Source: Eledone cirrhosa (taxonomy: Eukaryota). Taken from it: a stretch of 64,000 nucleotides of DNA. The translations under genes and the position numbers were made by a program. Where the stretch lies: positions 9,734,001-9,798,000 of the forward strand of contig OZ024763.1 in assembly GCA_964016885.1 (NCBI GenBank). Direction: 5' to 3'. The notes below the pieces were generated by a model. The model did no database searches. It was not told the origin of the DNA and worked only from the letters and a program-made list of their open reading frames with translations. Positions 39,201 through 53,418 of this stretch are shown here, in pieces (positions within the stretch are counted from its first letter, which is position 1; each line of letters begins with the position of its first letter).

Positions 39201-39205
<5 letters not shown>
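39123..39205 (-). mobile_element. Penelope-like GIY-YIG C-terminal fragment next to (TA)n
   Basis: WEALLIKQLELPINNRFE resembles the E..LI....P.LN GIY-YIG terminus. Confidence 0.45.
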
Positions 39206-39244
<39 letters not shown>

Positions 39245-39582
39245 TGTTATACTTGGGGAGGGTCATATTGTTGTAATAATATTGACAGAATGAATAACAG
39301 AACACACTCACTGTTTGGTTGGTTTTCGCTTCTGTATCTTTTATATCAGTTAATTCATTTGGTCCACAATGTTTACCATTGACTGATTAACGGTAAAAAA
39401 TACAGATATAATATAGATATAAACACATATATATAGTCTAACAAAGTTCTTTCGTTGCACATCTGCAACATCATCAGTGGTACTATTATGTTCCTCCTGT
39501 TGTATTTTATGTCTACGCCATCTTTCAAGTATAACAATATTTGTTTCGACACACGATTTCATATCAAAAACCTCGCAAAACA

Positions 39583-39727
<145 letters not shown>

Positions 39728-40552
39728 GAAATGAAGTCATCAGAAGAACTGGTGCATCTGCGACCATTCTGTCACTCACTCAATGCTTTAATCCAGCCAA
39801 CATCTCTAGGATACTAAATAAAGAGGAAGGCAGTTAATAGTGAGAGAAACGATTTCGTGTGGGTATAGAATTTATATATATATATGCACAGGTTGAAACA
39901 TACATCTGGCATGCACCACCTTCCCTTCTATACACCTCCCATGTCCTAACACCCTACTCTTTACCAGATAAGTCCCCATCCCACCCTAGCTCTATCTCCA
40001 AACCCCATGCACCACCCCACTCCTCCCCCAGTCCAATTGGTAAAATAGTCATGTAAGTGTCACAACAAAAAGCACCCAGTCAACACTGTAAAATAGTCAT
40101 GTAGGTGACATGACAAAAAACATCCAGCCCTCACTGTAAAATGGTTGTGTAGGTGTCACAACAAAAGCACCCAGTACTCACTGTAAATGTGGTTGGTGTT
40201 AGGAAGGGCATCCCACTGTAGAAACAAAGCCAAAATCAGTTGTGTATAAACAAAACAAAGTCATCTGAACTGGCTTGTCACAAAGACACAACTCATCCAA
40301 CCCATGCTAGCGGGGAACAATGGACGTTAAACAGGGAGGAGGGGGATAATGGTGATATTTGTATGAAAGGAGGGAGATAATGGTGATATTTATATGAAAC
40401 TTAAGCCAAATGTTTGGCTTAAGTTTTGATAGGTTTAATTTCTTCTCTGAATTGATATTTTATCTTTCCATTGAGATATAACCCATGCTAGCATGGAAGA
40501 TGGACATTAAACGATGATGATGATAATGATATCTGAATATATTAGAGATAAT

Positions 40553-40810
40553 GTGTACACAGATACACACTGACACGTGTACACAGATACACACTGACAC
40601 GTGTACACAGATACACACTGACACGTGTACACAGATACACACTGACATGTGTACACAAATACACAGATACACACTGACACGCATACACAGATACACACTG
40701 ACATGTGTACACAGATACACACTGACACGTGTACACAGATACACACTGACATGTGTACACAGATACACACTGACATGTGTACACAAATACACACTGACAT
40801 GTGTACACAA
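40553..40810. repeat. 24-bp minisatellite (GTACACAGATACACACTGACAYGT)n
   Basis: 8-aa periodic ORFs. Confidence 0.95.
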
Positions 40811-41292
40811 TAGAAACTGAGTCATAGTGTAGGACAGTTGAGAGTTTTGTGTTGTCACATAAACCCGAGTATTTCAATTCACCCCAGACAAACAATAAAC
40901 TCACCCCTCATACATTACAGAAATGAAATTATGAATAATTAAAACGATGGCATTACTGCTAATTAATGAGATGTGTTCTCATCTAGTGGAGATATTTGAG
41001 TAGCGAGCTTTTGAGAAAGCTTATAATTAGGAAATAATTCTTCCTAGCATTGGCATGAGGCCAATGCTAGGAAGAATTGTGGTGAAGTGGAAATTCAATT
41101 ATGTCAGTACTTAACTGATACTTTATCTTATAGACCCAGAAGGAAGAAAGGCAAATCTTTTGAACTCACAGCATATAAAGTCATAACCATATTCCACAAA
41201 GAATTTTGTCAGACACTCCACTGATTCTGGCAATCCAGTGCTTTTATACTAATTCACCAGTAATAATAATAATGATTTTTTTTTTTTTACCC

Positions 41293-41398
41293 TTGACAAG
41301 TGCATGCAGAATGGTTTTGTTACCCTGCATGCATCTTGGACAGGCCTGGCTGATGGCATGCCTGTAGATGTTATCCTGAACTGGCAAAGCTCCCCAGT
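41293..41398 (-). mobile_element. L1/Tx1-like C-terminal zinc-finger fragment
   Basis: GALPVQDNIYRH..CPRC..KTILHALV. Confidence 0.5.
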
Positions 41399-41556
41399 TT
41401 CCAATAATTCTTTCTAACATTGGCACAAGGCCAACAATTTATGGGAGGGAAAACAGTTATATTGGCCCTTTTAATATAATAATTATGAAAATTATTGTGT
41501 ACAGTGCTCAGGTGTACTACAACTCATCAAAGGTGTATGTATAGTACATAGAATAT

Positions 41557-41733
41557 GTTTCTACTTTTGGCACAAGGCCAGCAATTATCCCTGTGTATTA
41601 CTGGTACTTTATTTTATCGACCCCGTAAGGATGAAAGGCAAAGTTAACCTTGGCGGGATTTAAACTCAGACAATAAAGGGCCGTAACTCTTTGCTGCAAA
41701 GCATGGCGTCCGACCCTCTACTGATACTGCCAA
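41557..41733 (-). mobile_element. SINE family 1
   Basis: Consensus match. Confidence 0.85.
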
Positions 41734-42786
41734 GAATAATATACAAATGTCAGGAAAGTAAACTGTGTTTCTATTTTCAAACTGCTATTGGGATTATTAT
41801 ACTTATCCAAAGATAGATACATTGTTGAATATATCTGTTGTTCTACCACTGACCATCTTATCAACACTCTGAGATAAGGGAGGAAAATATCATAGCACAT
41901 ACGTAATAAAATTACCTGACTAACGTAGCTCAAAGTGGTTGTCACATAATTCATGTGTTTTATTATGATGATGAAAAATTCTATAATGTACCTAATTTGG
42001 CAATAATTTGAGGAAACAAAGGTGTTAAAACATACTTGACTTGTATTATATTTTATCGACCCCGGAATGATAAAAGGCAAAGTTGACCTCAACATGATTT
42101 GAACTAAAGACATAGAAAATTATATCAAAATTCCAACAAAGCATTATGACATTGTAAAGGAATTCCAGAAAATTCTCTAGGGAGGAAGAATGGAAATGAA
42201 GGTGATGTAACTTGCTAAACACTCTCTCATGTGAGACAAGAATATTCTACAGTGTTAATAATTTAACATTAATGACTTCATTGGCATTAATAGGATTACA
42301 AAGAGACATTTTATATATGTGTGTGTGTGTGTCGGTGCATGTGTCTGTATGCATGCATGTGTTGGTGTGTGTGTGTGCGTGTGCACGTGTGTTTGTTTAT
42401 TATTTATGTATGTGTGTGTTTGTGTATATGTGCATGTGTGTGCACAAATGTGTCAGTATGAGTGTGTAGGTGTACTTGCATGTGTGCATGTATGTACAAG
42501 TATGTGTGTGTGCTTGCATGTATGTGTGCGTGCTTGCATGTATGTGTGTGTGCTTGCATGTATGTGTGTCCCTATGAGAGTAAAATGTTAATAAGGCTGT
42601 AAGCTCTTGTATGTATATGCGTACATGTGTGTGTGTCTGTATGTGTGTGTGTCTGTATGGTCCTCTGAGAGCAATATATTAATAAAACTGGCTAGAATAA
42701 AGATATGTCCGGTATAAAAAATTCTCACACTGTCAGATATTTATATATATATACTCATAAATACATATATATATATACACACACGC

Positions 42787-42817
<31 letters not shown>

Positions 42818-42940
42818 GTGAAGGCGTGTGGCTGAGTGGTTAGAGAATTTTATTCACAATCTTGAGATTGTGAGTTCGATTCCTGGACCGGGCGATGCGT
42901 TATCTCCTTGAGTAAGACACTTTATTTCACGTTGCTCCTT
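42818..42940 (+). mobile_element. tRNA-derived SINE family 2
   Basis: Box A TGGCTGAGTGG, box B GAGTTCGATTCC, CTTGAGTAAGACACTT core. Confidence 0.8.
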
Positions 42941-43058
42941 CTAACTGGAGTTGCAACTGATAGATAGTATTAGCAATTGGAAAGACCAACGGAAACATTG
43001 TTTCTTCGGTCCGATTTGACGAAAGTCGATCGTTCCTATATATATATATATATATATA

Positions 43059-43865
43059 CAGGGTGCAGACGATATCTGTTCGCAAGATTACTGTCTAGGA
43101 AAAAAAACACAGTAGTTTTATTTTTTAAGATATATTTATCAAACTTGGGTCAGTTTGTCTTCATGATTTGTTCTTTCGATCTCACTCGATAAACCTGCCA
43201 TTGGCTTTGATGACGGCCTCAAGGCGGCCTCGGAACGGGTTACAGGCCTTCGTCACTGTCCCTCGACTTAGACCCCTAAAGGCACTTGTGATCCTGGCCT
43301 TCAGATCATCTTTCGTATTGTAGTTAGATCTATTGGTGTCTCGTTCCACTACGCCCCACACAAAGAAGTGAAGGGGGTTGCAGTCAAGCAAGCTGGGAAG
43401 CCAGGTGTCAGGTGAAATATGGTTGACGAAGTTCTCTGACAGCCAGGCTTGGGTCTTTCGGCTGGTATGGCAGGGCGGTGAGTCTTGCTGCCACACGTAC
43501 GGCCTACCTGCAGCTACCTGGTCAATCCAGGGCTTTACTACCTCGCTCAGAACGCGGATGTAGCCATCGATGTTCAGCTTGAGGCCCTCAGGGAAGAATT
43601 GAGGTGGCATGACGTCACCTTGACTGCTGACGACACCTAAGACCAATGTTGTCGCTGGAAACTTTGTCTGCATGACTCTGGGCACGTCTTTGGATGAGAC
43701 AGCGAGCCACCTGTTGTTCTGGGAGTTGATCTTCTGGTCTTGGCAGAAGTTTTTCTCGTTGGAGAAAAACCACAGCATGTCTGGCTCCAGTGGGTGTTTC
43801 AACTTGTTGATCAGCTTCTTTGCGTGCTTCAGTCGCTTTTCTTGCATCGCCTTTGACAGAAATTG
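43059..43865 (-). mobile_element. Tc1/mariner DD37D (maT-type) transposon, 3' half; catalytic residues D>N and D>H
   Basis: FS(N)EKNF, WQQD-37aa-NPL(H)FFVWG; end TA|CAGGGTG within (TA)n. Confidence 0.85.
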
Positions 43866-44122
43866 TCCTCCAACCAAAATTAAATAGAAAACATGAATGG
43901 AATAGCAACATCACAACTAACAATTAAGGACAAAATGAAAACACACACACATAGAACAAACAACCAACTAGTACATGTAAATAAACAAATAAATAAACAA
44001 ACAAAAACACACACAGACACCCGGATGTAACACATGTGCAAACTAAGCACACATCACGCACAAAAAGAAGATGGCGTAGGACAGAACAAAAGAGAGGCAC
44101 AAAAAAAAGAAAAGAATCTCCA

Positions 44123-44165
44123 GTCACTGATGAGGTCACAGAATGTGAGACGAAAGAACTTTGAC
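44123..44165 (+). ncRNA. Hammerhead ribozyme (GUCA family)
   Basis: GUCA CUGAUGA g GUCAC..GAGAC GAAA GAAC UU UGAC. Confidence 0.65.
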
Positions 44166-44333
44166 AATATATGAACAACCCTCCGGTTGTGGAACCAACC
44201 AACCAACCGGAAATTTATAAATTTTTATGAATTTTATAAATTTTTTAAAATTTATAATTTAATTTATAATAAATTGGAGTGAAAGAAACTGGTGCGTGTG
44301 TTTCTTATTGGCAACATGACCCTCCCAAAGTAT

Positions 44334-44369
<36 letters not shown>

Positions 44370-45139
44370 ATAATAATAAATTTGAAGACTAAAATCCAAA
44401 GAGGGCTCGATATCGTCAGTCGATCGACTTTCGTCAAATCGGACCAAGGAAACAATGTTTCCATGGGTCTTTCCAATTGCTAATACTATCTATCAGTCGC
44501 AACTCCAGGTAGAATATATACGTATATATATATATATTTTTTTTTTCTTCTTCCTACCCATACATACATATATCCTAATTATTTAAATTCTGCATAGCGT
44601 CTAAAAATAACGTTTTTTCAGCCCTATACCTCAACCTCATTTGCATACTCATCTTAATAATTTGAAATATCTGAATCTGACTTTTCTTCTCTTTTCCTTC
44701 ACTATCCATGTGAAGAATTAGTATCCCCGCCTATCACAACGGGGTCACCAATTTAACAACGGGTATTTTAAAGAAATAGTTAGAAGGATTATAACAGTTG
44801 TCAGATGTAAGAACAAGAATAAGTAATTTTTCTCTATATAAGTAGGTTTACTTCACTTCAATCGAAAAGTACAATAAAACAAGTTACCACGAGTTGCAGA
44901 GGTTGACAATGTTATTCATTGTTGGTTCATGAGGCTGTTAGTGAGAGAGTTGCTCTTGGTGTATGTTCACTCCACATGGCGTGGGTGAACTAAAGGTGGG
45001 AGAAGGGAAGGTTACATCTTCACTCCAGAACTGCTGGCTTTGTAAGAGGACGACCACTGTCGGTCTTTCAATTTATAGTCCCCAAGGGACGTAACTCTCA
45101 TTACTTCTGGTTATTTCTTTAAAATACCCTTTGTCAAAG

Positions 45140-47172
45140 TAGTATAATAAGTAAGGCAATCAAAGATATGAAGACAGGCAAAGCAGCTGGACCTTCGGAG
45201 ATAGTTGTTGAAATGCTGAAAGCATCTGGAATAGTGGGACACACTATGGTCACCCGGATAGTAAACCAAGTCATACAGAATGGGATCATACCAAATGACT
45301 GGCATAGCAGCAGCATCATTAACTGCTACAAGGGTAAAGGAGATGCCCTAGATAGGGGAAACAATAGAGGCATTAAATTGATTGACCAGGTCCTGAAGGA
45401 CACAGAAAGAGTTATAGCGCAACTAATCAGAGAGCGAATTGATCTAGATTAAATGCAGTTTGGGTTTGTGTCAGGTAAAAGTACCACAGACGCTCTTTTC
45501 CTTCTACGACAACTACAGGAGAAGTACCTAGCTAAAAGTAAACCCCTCTACTTAGCTTTTGTAAACCTGGAGAAAGCTTTTGACAGAGTCCCCCGCTCCA
45601 TTATCTGGTGTGCTCTTAGAAAACTAGGTGTTGATGAATGGCTTGTGAGAGCTATACAAGCTATGTATAAAGAAACAGTCAGTAAGGTTAGAATTAACAA
45701 CGAATATAGTGAAGAATTTAGCATAAAAGTTGGTGTTCATCAAGGCTCTGTCCTTAGCCCCCTCCTATTTATTAATGCCCTTCAGGCTATAACAGAGGAG
45801 TTCAAGACCGGCTGCCCATGGAAACTTCTATACGCAGATGATCTAACTCTCATAGCTGAATCAATGGCTGAACTAGAGAAGAAATTCCAAACACGGAAGC
45901 ATGCCTAGAATCAAAAGGCCTTAAAATTAACTTGTCTAAGACTAAAGTTCTAGTATGTAGAAAGGAAAATAGGGCACAGTTGCCCTTAGGGAAATGGCCA
46001 TGCTCAGTGTGTAGGAAAGGAGTAGACAGAAATTCCATATTATGTCCCAAATGCAAACTATGGGCACATAAAAGATGTAATGGGATCACAAGTAAGCTAT
46101 CTAAGAAATCAAATTTTATATGTGGCCGATGCTCAGATGCAATAAGTAGCAAGTGCCCACAGGATACTAGCTCCTTCCATTGCCCAGATGGTTCTATAGA
46201 AATAGTGAACACCTTCTGTTACCTGGGTGACGAAATTGGCAGTGGTGGAGGGTGCTCAGAAAGTACAGTAGCCAGAGTCAGAACGGGATGGAAAAAGCTC
46301 AGAGAGATTATACCACTATTGGCCACAAAAGGTTTCTCTCTAAAAATGAAAGGCAGATTGTATGATGCCTGTATACGAACAGCAATGCTACATGGCAGTG
46401 AGACGTGGGCATTGCGTGCAGAGGACTTACGCAGACTGGAAAGGAACGAAGCATGCTCCGTTGGATGTGTAATAGTAATATACATGAACGGCAAAGCATA
46501 AATGAACTAAGGGAGAAATTAGGAATAAGAGGGATCAGATGCTGTTTACTTGAGAGAAGACTACGTTGGTATGGTCACGTGATGCGCATGAAAGATGACA
46601 GCTGTATAAAAAAGTGCAGGGCGATCAAAATTGATGGAAGTTACGGAGTAGGTAGACCCAGAAAAACCTGGGACGATCTGATAAATTCCGACCTCACACA
46701 CTTGCACCTCTCTAAGACAATATCACTGGACCGAGATCTTTGGCACTACACAGTAATACATAAGACCCGCCTTGCCTATGTACAAAGCAAAACCTACAGT
46801 CAGTAGGCACCTCTAAGCCAAATATACACCCCAATCCACTACTGCTATTCTATCCTCCCACTCCCAACACCATCCTTTCTCTGTAAAGTTGGTACCACAA
46901 CATCCAGTCCTAAATAAATGAGGTCGTGTAGGTGTCACGACAAAAAAACACACAGTCCATGCTGTAATGTGGCCGTGTAGGTAACACGGTAAAAACCTCC
47001 CAGTCCACACTGTAAACGTGGTTGGTGTTAGGAAGGGCATCCAGCTGTAGAAAACCTGCCAGACAGCCCTATACAGCGAGACGACCAATCTTGCCTCAAG
47101 TGGGACAATTCCCATCTAAACCCATGCTAGCGTGGAAGGCGTTAAACGTTGATGATGATGATGATGATGATA
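45140..47172 (+). mobile_element. RTE LINE subfamily A: RT, 3' UTR and (GAT)n tail
   Basis: QFGF, LEKAFD, QGSVLSP, LLYADD, PHD-like CxxC..HxxC, RLRWYGHV. Confidence 0.94.
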
Positions 47173-47269
47173 TTACTTTCTTTGTTTTCATGTTTTTACT
47201 TTAATTGGACTACCTTTTATTTTCTGCATCTTCTTGCGTGATCCTGTCTCTAATTTTAACATACATTTG

Positions 47270-48450
47270 CTATGCTAACAGGGGTTAGACGGGTTGTCCC
47301 ATTAGAGACAAGTTGTTTCTGGTTTGGTTTCTATGGGTGGGTGCCCTTCCTAACGCCAACCACATTTACAGTGTGTGCTGGGTGCTTTTTATGACATCTA
47401 CATGACTACTTTATTGTATGGGCTGGGTGCATTTTGTTGTGATATCAACACGACAACAAGAGTGGTGTGACCAGATATCCGTGGAGTGTGAGGGCGTGGG
47501 AGGTGTATGGAAACGAGGTATGGTGGTTAGGAGCTGCATACTAGATGTATGCTTCAGTCCATGCACATGGGTCTTCTGTATTACTGCATAATGCCAAAGA
47601 TCTCGATCCTGCGTCATTGTTTTTGAGGTGTGTAATTGTGCCAGGTCAGCTCTTATCACCTCATCCCAATCCTTCCTGGGTCTTCCTACTCCATAGCTTC
47701 CGTCAAATTTGATCGCCCTGCAACATTTTATACAGCTGTCATCCTTCATATGCATCACATGACCATACCAGCACAATCTCTTCTTCTGCATACTGCATCT
47801 GATGCCTCTTCTGCCTAATTTCACGCTTAGTTCATTTATGCTTCGCAGGGCAATGAGTAAAGGGTAGGGGTAGCTGATTAGTGTATGGGGATGTAATGGT
47901 GCGATGGATGTGGTCAGTATTGTGTGGGTGGGGGCATGGTGGAGAGATAAATAGAGAGTGAGGGAAACAGTATGGTAGACATAGTAGACAGTTTCCGCTA
48001 CCTAGGTCACCGAATTAGCAGCGGAGGTGGGTGTTCTGAAAGTGCAGGAGCAAGAGTAAAAGTGGGATGGAGAAAGTTCAGAGAGCTACTACCGCTGTTG
48101 GTCACAAAAGGTTTTAGCCCTTAAAATGAAGGTCAGATTGTACGATACATGTATATGAACAGCAATGTTACATGGTAGTGAGACCTTGGCACTATATGCA
48201 GAGGACCGTCAAAGATTGGAAAGAAATGAAGCATGCATGCTCCGATGGATGTGTAATAGTAATATACACAAACATCAAAGTGTAAATGAACTGAGTGAGA
48301 AATTAGACAAAAAGCACCCAGCACATACTGTAAATGTATTAGGAAAGGCTTTTAGCCAGAAATAGTCACCTGACCCAACTTGCCTCTAATGGGACAACCT
48401 GTCTAAGCCATGATAGCATGGAAAATGGACATTAAACAATAATGATGATA
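47270..48450. mobile_element. Two divergent RTE 3' fragments in opposite orientation
   Basis: Minus 47270-47845, plus 47975-48450. Confidence 0.75.
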
Positions 48451-48748
48451 TAATGAAAATATAGCTACATGGTGACCTAACCATCAATGTAAAGGTGCTA
48501 GAATTTCCAAACAGAGAAAACTCATAAGATATTGGTACTACAATTTAGATGTCTTGTTCAAAAGACATTTAGAATATATAATCAGTTAGATCAATGAAAT
48601 ATTACTTTATATTAGCAATATACAGTTCTACAACATGTCCAGACAGCTGCTGTTTCTGGCTCTGAAGAATGTAATAATCACATCATCAATTAAATAGATA
48701 ATTACCACACTAACATAAGAACTTTTGTCAGTGAGCCAATCTTAATCA

Positions 48749-48780
<32 letters not shown>

Positions 48781-49199
48781 CATTTTCATCATCATCATCA
48801 TCGTTTAACATCTAACTTCCATGCTAGCATGGTTTAGATGGGTTTGTCCCATTTAGAGAAAAGTTGGGTTGGGTGACCATGTCTTGCTTGTATAGGACTG
48901 TTTCTGGCTGGTTTTCTACAGCTGGATGCCCTTCCTAGCGCCAACCACATTTACAGTGTGTGCTGGGTGCTTTTTGCCATGTCTTTTACACAGACATTTT
49001 ACAGTGTGGGCTGGATGTTTTATGGTATCAACATAACATACATATACATACATATATACATACATAAATATATATATATGCATTCAAAATTATTTATTCT
49101 TTTATTTCTACGCACGTTTCAATATGGCTAAAATATCACATCTATTCGCAGAATGAAATTATCAGTTAACAACCATCCAAGTCATGGGTGCTTTATCCC

Positions 49200-50030
49200 A
49201 ACTGTATATCTTCAGGAAATCTTATCTTTTTCTTCACCCACTTATTACTGAGAAGGTCATGGGAGAGTCCTCAAACACTCCCTCCAACAGATCCTGTCAG
49301 AAGCCACCATCTCCAACTGATCCGGCTGGATCCCCAAGCATGACCAGCCAAGCTCATGGATGTTATCCAATCATCTTGCTCAGGGTCTACCCGTAGATCT
49401 CCTGCCAGTTGGTTTTGCCTGTAAAATCTGTCCAGCGATTCTTTCCTGTGATATTCTAACCACATTCCCATAGTATCAGAGCTGTGATATCTCAATTCAG
49501 AGAAGTAGTGGCTCTACCTGGAGTGACTCTGATCTCTGAGTTATACACTCTACCGAATAATGTTACTCCAAAGACTCTTCAGTGGACCTCCATTCACATG
49601 TAGAGTGTACTGATTTTACACCCACCGGTCATGATACCATTTGCAATCTGGCTGTGCATGTTAATCTTGTTCATGAAAAGAATAATGAACAGGAGAGGTG
49701 ACAATACACTGCATTGTTCATCAGTTAGCTTGGACTCATCAATCTCCTTGCATCTCTTTGTCAGACACTTAGCATAATCTTTGCCAGGGAGGCTTAAAAA
49801 GGAGATCCTTCTGTAATTGGAACAATCTCTCTTGTGTCCTTTTTTGAAAATTAGGATTATCACTCCTGATTGCCATTGCTCAGGTGCCTTTCCAGAGATC
49901 CAGGCCACCTGGCTCACAGGAGTCAGCTAGAAAATATCTTCTCTATTTAAGGTTTTTAACATCTCGGGCTGGATTTCATCTTTTCCAGCAGCCATGCTAA
50001 ATTTAATCTCTTTAACTGCTCTTGTAACCT
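49200..50030 (-). mobile_element. Older RTE/BovB-like LINE fragment
   Basis: AAGKDEIQPEMLK, WQSGVIILIFKKG..CSNYRRIS, VLSPLLF. Confidence 0.75.
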
Positions 50031-50445
50031 CATCCTCTGCAGAGGATATGCGACGGCTGGAGAGAAATGAGGCAAGCAGGCTCCATTGGATGTGCAGTGT
50101 AAATGTGCGTGAACGACCCAGCATGAATGTGTTGAGAGAGAAACTGTGTCTGAGAGGGATAGAATGTAGTGTACGGGAGAGAAGACTGAGGTGGTATGGA
50201 CATGTGATGCGCATGGAGGATATCCGATGGGTGAAGAAGTGCCAGGAAATGCCAGTTGAAGGAAGATGTGGTAGAGGTAGACCACAAAAAACATGGGCGG
50301 AGGTGGTGAGAAAAGACCTCAGATCGTTGAAGCTCACGGTGGAGATGATGAAGGAACGTGACGAGTGGAGAGATGCTGTGCTGAATAAGACCTGTGCACC
50401 CTTGCGAGCAGGGAAGAGCAGACGTAAAATGATGATGATGATGAT
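50031..50445 (+). mobile_element. RTE subfamily B 3' end
   Basis: RRLRWYGHV, GRGRPQKTW, (GAT)n tail. Confidence 0.88.
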
Positions 50446-50452
50446 ATATATA

Positions 50453-50490
<38 letters not shown>

Positions 50491-50929
50491 TGGCAAATTA
50501 ACAGAGCTGTGAGAACATCAACTGGAGTGCGCTTTTTGGCTTTCTGCTCTCTGAGTTCAAATCTCAGTATGGTCAACTTTGCCTTTCATCCATTCAAGGT
50601 TGATAAAAAAAAGTGTACCAGTCTAGCACTGGGGTTGATTCCTCCTCTCTATCTTTTCCCACTCCCTTTCTCTCACTGTCTATCTGCTCTACTCAGGCCG
50701 GGAGAGGGGTGGGCTCCACCAGGCTTAAAATGCTCAAGAAACGCTGTATGTTACTACGGTATCCCTACGACTCTATCAGCAGTTACGGGATCATCCCATA
50801 CCATATATAGTGTAGGTGATTCAATACTGGTGGTGGTACCAAAACAAGTATTCTATGCACTGGCAGAGTGTATATATTAAAAAAAAAACAATGAAGTTTT
50901 GTTTACATATGTTATATTTTTATTGTGTA

Positions 50930-51025
50930 TCGCCCTATTACGAGTGTTTCACAGAGGATTGGGTCAGGGTCACCCATGGAAGTAATGGACCCAACACCAT
51001 TATTGATCTGCTCTTCAGACTGGTG
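50930..51025 (-). ncRNA. Hammerhead candidate with long stem-II insertion, inside inverted repeat 50880-51210
   Basis: CUGAAGA GCAGA...UCUGU GAAA C acuc G UA; stem I weak. Confidence 0.45.
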
Positions 51026-51759
51026 ATGTGACAAAAAATATAGTGATTGTTGTGTCACTATATTTTTTGTCACATATCATTCTGAAGGATAATGGAGATG
51101 AGTTTATAACTCCCATGGGTGACCCTCAGTCAATCTTCTGTGAAACACGCATAACAGATCGATACACAATAAAACTCTAATACATGTTATCAAAACTTCA
51201 TTGTTTTTGTAATATATATATATATATATATACAGAGAGAGAGATATGTGTGTGTGTATATTTATATTTGTGCTCATATATTTATATATTTATGAGTATA
51301 TTTTATATGGCACAACCAGTACTTTTGTGAAAAGTAGAGCTCCTGGGACTAGGGTGGGTTTAGTAGTGGTTGTGATGAGGGAGGCTCCTCTGGAACTGGT
51401 AGCAGGAGGATGGCAAAGGTGGGATGGAGAAAATAATAATCCAAAACTCATGGCATGTTACAGAAGGAAGCAGCTTATGAAATTATATTATTGAGTAATT
51501 CTCAAAATTGACCAGTTGCCGGACATTACTGGACTGATGAGATGTCAGCTATTACTTACATCAACAGTGTCTTTGGTCCTCAAAAGACCTCAAAGGAGCA
51601 GAAGTTGGTTAAATTCCAGGTATTGACTGACCATTTCCTTTTTCTACTGGTCCCCATTGTTATACGCAACGTTTCTAATGAGAAATATAGTAAAGAATGG
51701 GTTAAAGTGTTTATACTTATCTAAAACACTTCCATTAAAATTCTATGTAAGAAACTTTG

Positions 51760-51982
51760 TTAACTCTTTAGCATTTACATTACTCTATATTTACTATTGT
51801 ATTTTCCCAGAAAAGGCTTTATCTCACATAATTAGCCTACATAATATTGAAAATGCGAGATTTTGATATTATTTATTTTGAGGACAATACCTTAATATGA
51901 GCAGCCGATTACAGTCGGTTTGAACAGAAGGAGGTGAGAGAAATCTGACTGGATATGGCTGATTTAAATGCTAAAGGGTTAA
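51760..51982. mobile_element. piggyBac-type MITE with TTAA TSDs
   Basis: TTAA CTCTTTAGCATTTA ... TAAATGCTAAAGGG TTAA; empty paralogous site CTTTG TTAA GTTAT at 52091-52104. Confidence 0.85.
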
Positions 51983-52484
51983 GTTATTTCAAAAATCATA
52001 AACAGTGTCTTTCATGAGAAATATAGAAAGGAATGGGTTAAAACGTTTATAATTATCTACAAACCTTCCATCAAAATTCTACGTAAGAATCTTTGTTAAG
52101 TTATGCTCCAAACACCAGTTTAATAATTGTTTCTACTTTAGGCACAAAGCCAGCAATTACCCAGTGCATTACTGGTACTTTATTTTATCGACCCCGTAAG
52201 GATGATGAGAAAGTTTAAGAAGTGTCTACTATTTTATATCTCAAACTCCCTAATTCATTCGAAAGTTAGTTATATTAAAATCCTCCAAATATTTAAAAAA
52301 TTGTTTAAAAATCATAAGCAACATCTTTCATTAGAAATATGATAATGAAAACGTTTATTTAACTGTTGTCACTTGATTAAATACAAATGAAATCACATTA
52401 ATCTTAACCCAACCCCAGTTATGTCCCTTGTACCACTTGCTCTGCTCGTATATATAATTTATTTATAAAACTGTTTATATATTG

Positions 52485-52550
52485 TATTTTGTCTGAAGAG
52501 GGCATACCATATTTTTAATATGATATCCCTGAAATATATATAATGAAATA
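52485..52550 (+). ncRNA. Hammerhead ribozyme (UAUUUUAU-like family)
   Basis: UAUUUUGU CUGAAGA GGG..CAUAUU/AAUAUG..CCC. GAAA UAUAUA UA AUGAAAUA. Confidence 0.72.
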
Positions 52551-52971
52551 GATATGGTTTTATAAGTGTAGTTTCCATTTGTTTAATATCGTATATATAT
52601 ATATATATATATATGAGCAGAGCAAGTGGTACAAGGGACATAACTGGGGTTGGGTTAAGATTAATGTGATTTCATTTATATTTAAACGAGCAGAGCAAGT
52701 GGTACAAGGGACATAACTGGGGTTGGGTTAAGATTAATGTGATTTCATTTGTATTTAATCAAGTGACAACAGTTAAATAAACGTTTTTATTATCATATTT
52801 CTAATGAAAGATGTTGCTTATATATATATATATAAGTAGAAGGGATATTTAATTTGTTGGAAATCCAACAAATATAAATGTTTATAACTGATTCAGAGCA
52901 CTCGACAAGTTTTCTGGAGTAAATATTCAATGATATTAAATAAATGGAAACTATATTTATAAAACCATATT

Positions 52972-53032
52972 TATTCTATTATATATATTTCAAGGATACC
53001 AAAACTTTGGTACGGTTTCATCAGATAAAATA
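52972..53032 (-). ncRNA. Hammerhead ribozyme (UAUUUUAU family)
   Basis: Paralog of 12488-12548. Confidence 0.72.
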
Positions 53033-53114
53033 CAAAGTGTGTTTTATAAATTTTGACATAGCCAAGGAAACATACCTTATCAGTTGAATTTCACTTGGAT
53101 AGTTTTTTATCATT

Positions 53115-53156
<42 letters not shown>

Positions 53157-53418
53157 CCTGTTAGTTCTTTCGTTAATTTGGTATTGTGTGGTTGGGTTTG
53201 CCTGCCGCAATATTCAATTTGTCAAGCTATTTAAACATATATATATATAGAGAGAGATAGAGATAGAGAGAGTGTGTGTGTGTATGTATATATATATATA
53301 TATATATAGTAATAATAATAAACGTGAAGACTAAAATCCAAAGAGGGCTCGATAAGGATAAATATATATAAAATATATAAGAACCCTAGAGCAAATATTT
53401 ATTAAAATAACAGATTAA

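Noticed and set aside
42818-42890. tRNA gene
   Set aside because: Has A/B boxes but no proper cloverleaf and continues into a SINE core.
44885-44935. Hammerhead-like remnants (also at about 9205-9275, 13385-13447, 49107-49155)
   Set aside because: Core changes or deletions and weak stems; not counted.
51534-51565. CTGATGA followed by a GATGT/ACATC stem
   Set aside because: No GAAA or stem III follows.
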